A DNA stretch of 33,670 nucleotides from Octopus sinensis (taxonomy: Eukaryota). Below the pieces are notes generated by a model, which worked only from the letters and a program-made list of their open reading frames with translations, did no database searches and was not told the origin of the DNA. A program made the position numbers and the translations under genes. The stretch lies in contig NW_021831927.1 of NCBI RefSeq assembly GCF_006345805.1, positions 1-33,670 on the forward strand. Reading direction: 5' to 3'. Below, piece by piece: positions 21,019 to 31,604 of the stretch. Every line of letters starts with the position of its first letter. Position 1 is the first letter of the stretch.

Positions 21019-21248
21019 ATTAGGGAATATCCAAATTTACAGGGAAAAAAAATCAGATTTAGGATTAAATCCAATTTTATAGTAAAATATTATAAAATAT
21101 TATTTGAGACAAAACCACTATTTTGCAAAACAAACAAGGAAAGACTTAATCAATACATAAAATTTAATAAATAGTCATTATTATTAAATTTTATGTATTG
21201 ATTAAGTCTTTCCTGTTGTTTTGCAAAATAGTGGTTTTGTCTCAAATA

Positions 21249-21258
<10 letters not shown>
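21019..21258. mobile_element. AT-rich repeat with an ~80-bp near-perfect fold-back (21091-21258)
   Basis: tataaaatattatttgagacaaaaccactat...aatttaataa / ttattaaatt...atagtggttttgtctcaaataatattttata; ~10-nt loop. Confidence 0.85.
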
Positions 21259-21319
<61 letters not shown>

Positions 21320-21331
21320 TTAACACGCCTG

Positions 21332-21369
21332 CCAGTCACGTTTCTTTCGTATTGAAATCATCAGAGTGG
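21332..21369 (-). ncRNA. Degenerate minimal hammerhead motif
   Basis: CCACU-CUGAUGA-UUUC-AAUAC-GAAA-GAAAC-GUG-ACUGG: intact core, 4-bp helix II, ACGU helix III, 4/5 helix I, but G at position 17. Confidence 0.45.
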
Positions 21370-21554
21370 AAACGAAATGATTGAATCCGGGTCTTATCTA
21401 TGTGAGAAATAGAAGCGAATTGGGTTTCGATATGAACTGGCTATTTAATACTGGTCAATATACTGTGGATTACTTCTATGAGCGAAGGAAGAGGATATGG
21501 GAGTATAAGAGAGAATACCTTAAGGAAGATGTCCCGTCATTTTTCAAAACGCTT

Positions 21555-21638
21555 ATATATATATATATATATATTATATACTATACATATGTATATATAT
21601 GTATATATATATATGTATATAATATATAATTATATATA

Positions 21639-21690
<52 letters not shown>
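21555..21690. repeat. (TA)n microsatellite (others at 20955-21018 and 21255-21315)
   Basis: Direct. Confidence 0.95.
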
Positions 21691-22040
21691 TGTAATGTGC
21701 GTATGTGTGAAAAAATTAAAATGGATATGGAAACAATTAATGGGGAAAAAAAGCCTCTCATCAGCCATGGAATCAAGACTACAATTGCAGTTTCTGCGTG
21801 TCTAAAGTTGAAAGACTTTAAATTATATAATACCTTTCGTCTGGCTGCGCCAGTGATATTGGGAATATCACAGAGGTGTATGTGTGTGTGTGTGTGTGCA
21901 TTATCGATTTTGCCTCTGCTGCATGTTTTAAAATGTGCAAGACATAGGAAAATTATCAGAACAAAGTCATTGGATATCACGCCCTCTGTTACTTAGTTTC
22001 GTCTCTTTACGTTCCCAGTTGAAATACCATTGAACAGAAA

Positions 22041-22198
22041 TACATCGACCCCAGTGTTTCATTGGTACTTATTTTATCGACCCCGAAAGGTTAGAAGGCG
22101 AAGTCGACCTCAATGTGATTTGAACACAGAACGTAAAGACGGACGAAATGCCGCTAAGAATTTTGCCCGGCGTGCTAACGATTCTGCCAAGCTCGCCA
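22041..22198 (-). mobile_element. SINE family B, 3' truncated
   Basis: Head atggcgagcttggcagaatcg..., central domain. Confidence 0.85.
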
Positions 22199-22629
22199 TT
22201 TATTGATGATTAATATTAATGATGAATATTAATGTTAGCCAATGAGATCAATTGATCAAATCACTGAATATTCATTAACTTATTCGATTGTAATTAAGAT
22301 AGTATTTATATATTTATGTGTGTAAGTATGTATGCGAACACAGGTAAACAGGTAGGTAAATTATAAGGAAGTAACAGGTTCAATAGGTAGCTCTGCAGGT
22401 AGGTCGAAGGTCAGAGGTTATTTAGACTGAGAAGTAAACAAGTTTTTCTGTCAAACAAATAAATAAAAGTAATACGAGTGTGCGCGCGCGTGGTGAGTTA
22501 AATCCTCCAGGAGGACAGTCTATGGGTCAACAAAACAGAACAGATGCCCCCGAATTATGCTCTCACTCCCACTACCTCTCCTTTCTACATTGATGCTGTA
22601 TTTGTATTTATCGCAGGATAATATATTAG

Positions 22630-23310
22630 CGTGTGCGCGCACGCATATATCTGTGTATGTGTGTGTGTATGTGTGTGTATGTATGTATGTATGTATGTAT
22701 GCATGTATGTATGTGTGTGTGTATGTATGTATGTATGTGTGTATGTATGTATGTATGCATGTGTGTGTGTATTTATGTATGTGTGTGTGTGTATGTATGT
22801 ATGTATATATGTATGTATTTATGTATGTATTTATGTATGTGTGTATGTATGTATGTATGTATGTATGTATGTATGTATGTATGTATGTATGTGTGTGTGT
22901 TTATGTATGTATGCATGCATGTATGTATCTATGTATATATGTATGTATGTATGTATGTTTGTATGTATCAATGTATATATGTATGTATGTATTATGTATG
23001 TATATCATTTGTGTACACTTTCCTAACGAAAATAAATGCTTGTTCCCGCGATATTTACTTGCGTTCAAAACGCTCCCCATCTTGATGAGACACCGTGTGT
23101 TCATTTATGTGTATGCATGCATGTATGTATGTATGTATGTATGTATGTATGTATGTGTGTATGTATGTATGTATGTATGTATGTGTGTATGGACGTGTGT
23201 ATGTATGTATGTATGTATGTATGTATGTATGTATGTACGTATATGTGTGTGTATGTATGTATGTGTGTATGCGTCTGTCTGTTTGTATGCGCATGCATAT
23301 GGATATGGGT
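22630..23310. repeat. Long (TATG)n/(TG)n tetranucleotide array
   Basis: Direct. Source of the MYVC-repeat ORFs at 22557-23352. Confidence 0.95.
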
Positions 23311-23627
23311 ATACATATATGGCTTAGTGACCCGATGACCTCACGTGTCTAGGTGCCTAATTCTGCTGTAGGTGTGTGTGTGCGTGTGTATGTGTGTGAG
23401 TGTATACGCTTGTATATACATGTGTGTAGGCGTACATATATGGCTGAGGGACCTCACATGTGTTGGTGCCTAATTCTGATTTATTTGTTTTATACCTTGC
23501 TGTCAACAAATAAATAGAACGAGGCACAGTCCAATGATTTGTTGAGGGGTGGGTGCTCTAACGCTGCTTAGACGACCCTGATCCCCGGTTTATCTCATTT
23601 CTGAATTTCTAGCAAGTTCGTTTCCCA

Positions 23628-23680
23628 TAGTCTTGTGAGGAAATTTGGATAGACGGAAACTGTTCAGAAACCTGTCACGT
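23628..23680 (+). mobile_element. SINE family A internal fragment
   Basis: cttgtgaggaaatttggatagacggaaactg matches cttgtgagtggatttggtagacggaaactg. Confidence 0.5.
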
Positions 23681-23878
23681 GGGCTATAATTGTGCTTCGG
23701 AAGTGGAGCTTTGTTACACTATGAAGCATCTATTCTATATGAGAATTATGTTAGGGACGCGCTTGTCCTGAGCGTGACATTATACTGCATCCGGTTGTGA
23801 GGTTCCAGTTCAGAGATTCTGGAGTTAGGGGAGCGTGGTGTCGCCTCTTAATTACCAATTAGTGCCAGGTCCGTTCGT

Positions 23879-24095
23879 GGAGGCGCGTAGCTTAGTGGTT
23901 GGAGTGTTGGACTCATGACTGTAAGAGTGTTGAGTTCTTGAGCAAGACACTTCGTTTCACATTGCTCCAGTCCACTCAGATGGCACAAATTAGTAATCCT
24001 GTGGGAGGGAGGCACCCCGCCCAGACGGAGAATATATACGCCATGGAAAACGGGAAACCGGCCCTTAAGAGTCGGCATGACTCTCGAGAAATAAC
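23879..24095 (+). mobile_element. SINE with family C-like head/CORE and family D tail
   Basis: ggaggcgcgtagcttagtggtt head, ttgagcaagacactt...ttgctccagtccactcag, tail ccatggaaaacgggaaaccggcccttaagag. Confidence 0.7.
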
Positions 24096-24382
24096 CTTTC
24101 CCTATTTTTTTCTTTACTTTACCAGGTCCGATTTAACGTGTCAGGACCCCATCTATGGGTTAATTAGATTTTTGTAAGGTTCGATCGAGCTCCTTAGCTG
24201 TGGTGAAAGCAGTCAGACTAGAAGGGAAAGTCCAAATTTAATACCTTCTTCCAACATACCCAAAACCACAGTACGGAAGGGTACGGCTGACGAAACTAAC
24301 AACATATGTCCGCTAACTTAGAGTTATACTATGGCGGCAAGTATCTCATGATAATACGCGTTCTTCCACAGGCGGAAATATT

Positions 24383-24803
24383 TATTTCTTTATTGCTCTC
24401 GGTGGGGGCTAAACATAGAGGAGACAAACAAGGACATATAAAGGGATTAAGTCGATTACATCAACCTCAGTGCGTAACTGGTACTTAATTAATCGACCCC
24501 GAAAGGATGAAAGGCAAAGTCGACCTCGGCGGAATCTGATCTCAGAACGTAACGGCAGACGAAATATCTATTTCTTTACTACCCACAAGGGGGCTAAACA
24601 CAGAGAGGACAAACAAAGACAGGCAAACGGATTAAGTCGATTATATCGACCCCAGTGCGTAACTAGTACTTATTTAATCGACCCCGAAAGGATGAAAGGT
24701 AAAGTCGACCTCGGTGGAATTTGAACACAGAACGTAAAGACAGACGAAATACTGCTAAGCATTTCGCCCGACGTTGCTAACGTTTATGCCAGCTCGCCGC
24801 CTT
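24383..24803 (-). mobile_element. Dimeric SINE family B flanked by a 16-bp TSD
   Basis: cacaggcggaaatatt at 24367-24382 and 24804-24819; full monomer (24803 to ~24569) plus a second monomer lacking the A box. Confidence 0.9.
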
Positions 24804-25274
24804 CACAGGCGGAAATATTAGGAATTGAGGGCGTGTGTAGAATATTCAGTTACTTGGTACTCTAAACTCGAGAGTATGGTATTCAGATTAAACAACAACT
24901 GGATGCTCAAGCATCGATATATGTGCATATGTGAGTGCGTGTGTGTATGTGTGTTTAGGGGAAGAGTATATCTCGAATCACACATACATAAAGCTATAAA
25001 CAGTAGCATGTAAATGTTTATTTGCTGTTGTTTCTGAGGTCTATGTGCTTGCTTCGAGATACACTATTCCCGAAAAAGAATTATTTTACGTTCTTTTGAA
25101 AGATTATAAAATATCGAACTATGCATAGCTGTGTGCATGTTTGTGTGTGTGGGGGTGTGTATTCGTTGTTGTGTGTTCCCGTTTACAGAACGAGTCGAAC
25201 GATGATTAAAGGCGAAGCATAGGTTGTTCAAATAATGCCTGGGTGTACGAATAAAATTGTATACTCCGCATGCA

Positions 25275-25277
25275 CGC

Positions 25278-25318
<41 letters not shown>

Positions 25319-25364
25319 ACAAACACACACACACAAACACACACACACACAAACACATACACAA

Positions 25365-25403
<39 letters not shown>

Positions 25404-25460
25404 AACACACACACACACAACACACACACAAACACACACACACACACACAACACACACAC

Positions 25461-25492
<32 letters not shown>

Positions 25493-25730
25493 ACACACAC
25501 ACAAACACACACAAACACACAAACACACACACAAACACACACACACATACACAAACACACAAACACACAAACATACACACAAACACACACACACACACAC
25601 ACACACTATTCTTGCGGGCCTCGTTTTTGAGGTGGTCTTTTCTCAAATTTATTTTTCACCCATTATATTTTTACCTCTTCCTTTATTATCCACAACCCAT
25701 AAATCCTACAGGCCGCCGGGGTACATATAT

Positions 25731-25766
<36 letters not shown>

Positions 25767-25795
25767 TGTGGTGTGTGTGTGTGTGTGTGTGTGTA
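25275..25795. repeat. Degenerate (CA)n (25275-25607) and (TG)n (25730-25795)
   Basis: Direct. Confidence 0.95.
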
Positions 25796-26036
25796 ACAGA
25801 AAATCCCTTTCTTAATGGCTACCTGTTTATATGCTCCCTTGCACCTCTTCTATCACCCTTTATTCTCCCGTCAACAGTTACGGATTAGTATATGAGTTGG
25901 GGGTGAGCCTTCAAAATATTGACTATGTGACAAGAAAGCGTGGGACGGAGGGGGATAGAGAGAAAGAGAGGGAGTTGATCCCTTGTTGTTGTGTTTGCTG
26001 TCAATGTTGTTAACGATGGTAATGGTGGCCGTGTTG

Positions 26037-26327
26037 AAAATGGCGGCAGTAGCAAAAGTTGAAAATACACGCACCCACGCATATCATACGCGCGCGCGGA
26101 AATAACATACACACATCATCACGCATATAACATACACACACACACACATACTCAGGCATATAATTCTCAAGCGCGCGCGCACGCATATACGCACACTGCG
26201 GGTTAAAACAGTCACGGTTGAGATAAATATACAATGACTTGGTCTGGAGGTAAAGCAGTGCGCATGACCCTTTAAAGGGCGTCTGAGAAGTTGCGGAGAG
26301 AGGGACGAAGATATTTTCAAACCGGAA
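26037..26327. promoter_or_regulatory. Possible cis-regulatory island (YY1-, NRF1- and ETS-like motifs)
   Basis: aaaatggcggc 26037-26047, tgcgcatg 26259-26266, accggaa 26321-26327 in CpG-richer unique sequence. Motif matches only. Confidence 0.25.
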
Positions 26328-26344
26328 CCTTCGTCCGAGTGATT

Positions 26345-26505
26345 GCAACATAGTGGACTCAACCAAAGTAACCAAGCACCAAGTGTTGGTGTTAAACCAG
26401 GTGAGAAATTAGATTTGCTTGCCATGAAGGCCCTGGTGGGATTTGAACTGGGAACGCAAAGGTTTGGGATAAGTACTGCAAGGTGTATTCAGTCTCGGGA
26501 CCTAA
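26345..26505 (-). mobile_element. Old, degenerate family B-like SINE
   Basis: ggtgggatttgaactgggaacgcaaag...aagtactgcaagg resembles ggcggaatttgaactcagaacgtaaag...aaatactgctaagc. Confidence 0.4.
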
Positions 26506-28907
26506 CTATTCAAACAGTTTACCGTCTTAAACTTGTAATATGTTTATGGACCCCGGGAAAATATAAAAAGCAAACTGGCCTGGGTTGGGTTTAAACTTAG
26601 AATATATTAAACCGGAATAGACACCATGAATTATTTCGTCCGCTGCTGTAACGTCTCTGCCTATCCATTGCCTACGCCCACACTCATACAAATACAAGTA
26701 TTACGTAACGGGAAATGTAGGCAAAGCAAAAAGGAGACGTTTTGTATGCGTGTGTTTATACTGTTATTAGCCCATGTGTTTTTTAACATCGAACTAAGAT
26801 CTTGGCCGGCCAAATATACTTAGTCGTAGTGAAGGTAAGAGATAAATGAGAGAAATAGAGTTAAAAATCACTCTTTTAGGATAAAATCAAGAATCAAAAG
26901 AAATAATGGTGGTCCTTCTCTGCAATAATTTGTCAGAAGAAAAATATGTAGTAGTTTTTTTTATAAGTTTTTTTTAACAAAGTGTTATGAGTATTGAGGA
27001 ATTTAACGTTTGGGGTTGCTGCACATCATTAAACAGAGAGGAAGAAAGAGCTACAACTGGATATTTTGTCTTGTTAACTTAAAGTCAAAGCAACAATTTT
27101 CTATCTCTCACCTCGTTTATGAAATCTAGAACAATAACAGCCAAGAATATGTGTGAAAATACAGAACACCAACCGTTATATGACATCTCTAGACAAAGCA
27201 TAAACAAACAATGACTTTCCCTTCGTTTAATTTGTATTGCATTTCATTTAGCTCTCTCACTTCTCTTTTCCGCAAATATTAATATAGACACACATATACT
27301 AATACACACAAACACACATTCTCTCGGATTAGTATACATACGCATTAACACACTAGATGCATATATTCTCACAGTCATACACTCACACAAACACTCCTAT
27401 GAACACAAACATATACTCTCACATATGAATAGATATTTAAAAATACTAACATATATATACATAGATACATACATACACACACATATATATATGTGTGTAT
27501 ACATATATGTATGTATGTATGTACGCTGGTACAATTATTTTATTTTTTCCTTTCTTATACTGAAGTTAGTCATTGGAACACGGGCATTTTGGCACATCTC
27601 TTCAATAGCTATATATATAGTTTGTCTATTTTGCGGTTTTGTGGTACAGTAACATAACTTTTCAACAGAACGTGGTTCTGGAAGTTTTTAAAGTCTGATA
27701 TATGTTTACTTACGTGTGAAATATACAGATGGCGCTTTCTAACCACAACTTTATTCAGTTGGCTGTTTGGACGTCCTTATAGATCGTCAGGCGAGATTGA
27801 AAGAAACTGTTACAACTATTTGTTGAATTAGATCTGCCACTGCTGTTAACAGTGCCTATATATGGAACCTCGAATGGTGTATCAAAATACTCCCAATGGA
27901 GAATTTAGGTATGTACTGGCAAGTGGAAATTGTCTTTAAAAATATTAAATTTGGATTGCGTGGCAAATGATGTAGAATTTCTCTGTTAACATTACTCGCA
28001 ACACTTTGATCCGTTCCTATTTTCATTTACGTTAATTAACAGTGTCCATACGATGCTGTTGCTCCCGAATTTCTTTTTCAATTTCCAAATAGGGTTTTTA
28101 AAAGTACCCATGTTGCACTATAAGCGCGCGTTAGTCCCCGGTCGAACGACTGAGTGCGATCCAGTGACTCAGATTTACAAAATATCCTTCCTCTTCTTTA
28201 ACGAAGCTGAGGGACCTATTGCACATCCCACAACGCAGTTGTTGCTGTTATCGTTCCTGCCGTTATTGATGTGTTGTAATCAAATGCATCTCATCCGTGA
28301 CCATCCCGTCTTTTATGGTTATATAAGGCGATATGATGGTATTTGCTGGAACATTGGCTGTTCGTTTTTTGCAAGTGAAGCGAGTGACCCCCAAGAGATT
28401 GCTTTAATCCGTTGCTGCTTAATAACGATTTATCGTTTCCGCCTTCGCAAGTGTAGCAGTAGTAGATATAGAAGAAAACGTTTTGTCAGATTGCATTTTT
28501 CCCCTGTAAAGCCTGCTCATTGACTGTTGTTATATGCGTTGCCATTGGTCTTGGGGTTATGATTTAGTACAGGTCAGTTCTGACTCAAAGGATTTATACT
28601 ATGGAAGTCGTTCAAACCTTAACCATCCAAATGTTTTTTTTTCTCTTTTACCAGCTATTGTGTAACTAAACTTTAATATATCGTTTTTTTTCTAAGCGTA
28701 GATTGAAATTTGAGGGAGACGTGGCAGCAATTTATCTAGAAGGAAAAACCACAACGTAGAAGCTTCCTTCATCAACTCATTTGAGTACCTATTATTGTTT
28801 AATTCAGTTGGTGTGTAATCCCTTGATCGAATAGCCCTATACTACAAAGCATTTCAGGAACAAAATCCCGCTTTCTTATGAATCTGCTAGGCTACATGAT
28901 GATTTTA

Positions 28908-29271
28908 TACCGTATTTCGCATCCGAGGTTTACATGATCCTGAGGGGGGGGGGGGGTCCATATAAGATTTTACTGTTAAAACCGATGTGCAATAAATCGG
29001 TTATGCTTCTACGATTCACAAAATATTTTAATCTTTTCGAACAACTCCTAATAATACTCTTTTCCTCTTTTACTTGTTTCAGTCATTTGACTGCGGCCAT
29101 GCTGGAGCACCGCCTTTAATCGAACAACTCGACCCCGGGACTTATTCTCTTGTAAGCCCAGTAATTATGTATCGGTCTCTTTTGCCGAACCGCTATATAA
29201 CGGGGACATAAACACACCAGCATCGGTTGTCAAGCATGCTAGGGACACACAACAGACAACAAACACACACA

Positions 29272-29315
<44 letters not shown>

Positions 29316-29614
29316 ATATATAATATATACGACGGGCTTCTTTCAGTTTCCATCTACCAAATCCACTCACAAGGCTTTAGTCGGTCCGAGGAGGCTATAG
29401 TAGAAGACACTTGCCCAAGATGCCACGCAGTGGGACTGAACCCGGAACCATGTGGTTGTTAAGGAAGCTACTTACCACACAGCCACTCATGCGCCTAATA
29501 TTTGATTATAATAATATAATGAGGACTTTTTAAACATCGAATGGCTTTGGGGCTCCGGCAGAATAAAGCAGGAATCAAAGAGATCCATAAAGCAAAAAAT
29601 GATTAAGAACTATC
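28908..29614. mobile_element. hAT-like MITE interrupted by a family A SINE
   Basis: Left part homologous to 7086-7232. Sequence after the SINE (gaatggctttggggctcc...ggaatcaaagagatccata...gattaagaactatcg) resembles a degenerate right end. Confidence 0.45.
29055..29494 (-). mobile_element. SINE family A, full length, young
   Basis: Near-identical to 6221-6686; possible ctaata TSD at 29048-29053 and 29495-29500. Confidence 0.92.
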
Positions 29615-29884
29615 GATCTAAAGAGTCCTTTAGTATTGTCCTTGTTTGAGCGTACATGATTTGAGGGAAATGTAGCGGCTATTTCAAGCCAACAGCACAA
29701 CTATGGTGGGGGAGGGGGGCTGGGGTTCCTGAACGTTCTGGAGGTGATCACAACGGAATCGGACTTGGTCGAAGCTTGATACCTACCCGATCCATTGCAC
29801 TTATCAATGGATCACTTGGGTGATGTGTTGTGACAATATAGTGTGTGTTTGCCGCCAGGTGATTGACATCCCATTCTACGCAAC

Positions 29885-29909
29885 ATATGTGTGCGTATGT
29901 GTGTGTATG

Positions 29910-29947
<38 letters not shown>

Positions 29948-30101
29948 GGTGTGTGTGTGTGTGTGTGTGTATAAAAAATATATATAAAAAAATGCAAAAT
30001 GGGACAAGAACGCAAAACACTCAAAGAGACGAACAAAAAACGGACGGGTCATTCGAAGCCTCTAATCTTCAGTCAAGACCGGATCATCCTCGCAATTTCG
30101 G

Positions 30102-30154
<53 letters not shown>

Positions 30155-30190
30155 GATATATATATATATCTATATATATATATATATTAT
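29885..30190. repeat. (TG)/(TA) microsatellites around a short interspersed repeat fragment (29990-30105)
   Basis: Direct for the microsatellites; the inner fragment looks like a repeat but is unclassified. Confidence 0.7.
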
Positions 30191-30849
30191 GAGTCAGTGG
30201 AGCAAGAACAAACACGGAAACAAAAAGTGTCGCTGAATAGGTCACAGATGTATGACGAAAGATTTCCAGAGAATGGACAGCGTCAAAATAATAAAATAAC
30301 AGTAATAAACAAGTGAAGAAAAATATAGTGCGTGTGTTTATTTGTCACAATGATAATAATAAATAAATAAAATGACCATCGCGAAGTAAACAACACATAT
30401 ATATTAGTGCATTCGGGTGACCTCAATGGTGCGGTGCAATTAAGACTAGATGGGCGTCTATAAAGTTTAGTATGGGTGTATATACGTACACGTCCGTGTG
30501 TGTATGTGTGTATATGCTCGCGTGTGTATGTGTGTGTCTGTGTCTGGGGTGGTTCTTACCATCGTGATTCTTTCAGGCTCTCGGTGTTTTAGATGTCTAT
30601 ATAATGTGTTAATAGCTCTGGCTATCTGTTTTAATAGTTTCTTCTCATCTTGGTTTTAAAGTCCATAAAACAGGTCATTGCTTACAGATGCAAGGGGCGT
30701 ACTCCAGATTTTCTGTGATTCGATCTTACTTTAATAGTTGACAGGCGTTGATAAACTTCTTTTGGTTTGTTATTGATGTATGTGTGTGTGTGTGTATTTT
30801 AATGAGATATCTCAGAAGAAGGTATCCTTGTTTTTCATGTAATTGTAAC

Positions 30850-31070
30850 TACTACTGTTGTTGTTGTTGTTGCTGTTGTTGCTGCTGTTGTTGTTGCTGT
30901 TGTTGTTGTATGTTATGCGATTGTTATATGAGTGTTAATGATCTCTGATATTGTTGTGTGTGTGTGTGCATTTAATGTGTGACGGGTTGTAGATATCATT
31001 AGAGAGATATTAACATAGGTACTATTATTACTAACTACAAAAACTACTACAACAACAACAACTACTACTG

Positions 31071-31112
<42 letters not shown>

Positions 31113-31157
31113 TAATAATTATAATAATGATAATGACAGTGATGATGATGACGATAA
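30850..31157. repeat. Compound trinucleotide tracts (TGT)n ... (ACA)n(CTA)n(ATA)n(GAT)n
   Basis: Direct. Confidence 0.9.
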
Positions 31158-31160
31158 CAA

Positions 31161-31376
31161 TCTTTTCTACTATACGCACGAGGCTTGAAATTTTGGAGTA
31201 GGGGTGCGAGTCGATTACATCGACCCCAGTGCTCAACTGGTACTTATTTTATCGGTACCCAAAAGGATGAAAGGCAAGGCCGACCTCGGCAGAATTTGAA
31301 CTCAGAACGTAAAGGCGGTCGAAATGCCGCTAAGCATTTTGGCTGGCGTGCTAACGACTCTGCCGGCTCGCCGTCT
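31161..31376 (-). mobile_element. SINE family B
   Basis: Full head and central domain; tail runs into the trinucleotide tract. Confidence 0.88.
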
Positions 31377-31377
31377 C

Positions 31378-31600
31378 AATAACAACAACAACGACGACGA
31401 CGACGACGACGATGATGAGAAGAAGAAGAAGAAGAAGAAGAAGAAGAAGAAGAAGAAGAAGAAGAGAAGAAGAAGAAGAAGAAGAAGAAGAAGAAGAAGA
31501 AGAAGAAGAAGAAGAAGAAGAAGAAGAAGAAGAAGAAGAAGAAGAAGAAGAAGAAGAAGAAGAAGAAGAAGAAGAAGAAGAAGAAGAAGAAGAAGAAGAA
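31378..31600. repeat. (AAC)n(GAC)n(GAT)n followed by ~60 GAA units
   Basis: Direct. Source of the poly-K/R/E/S ORFs. Confidence 0.97.
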
Positions 31601-31604
31601 TGAT

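Noticed and set aside
22345-22405. Cluster of CAGGTA/AGGT motifs
   Set aside because: No pyrimidine tract or other support; low-complexity repetition is enough to explain it.
658-25815. Long ORFs rich in HT, CV, YI, MYVC (e.g. 779-1627, 22557-23327, 25064-25815)
   Set aside because: They are translations of (CA)/(TG)/(TA)/(TATG) microsatellites, which lack stop codons in several frames.
27765-27792. Minus-strand CUGACGA...CAAACAGC
   Set aside because: G12 is absent and helix II is unconvincing.
28053-28523. 156-aa plus-strand ORF
   Set aside because: No recognisable domain or splice context; the region contains repeat-like fragments (gggatggtcacgg on the minus strand, also at ~1893).
29705-29725. 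G-rich potential quadruplex (also 17570-17598)
   Set aside because: Only three runs of 3 or more G; no functional context.
30040-30080. Minus-strand CUGAAGA...GAAUGACCCGUC
   Set aside because: Helix II is too tight, GAAAC is interrupted and there is no helix I.
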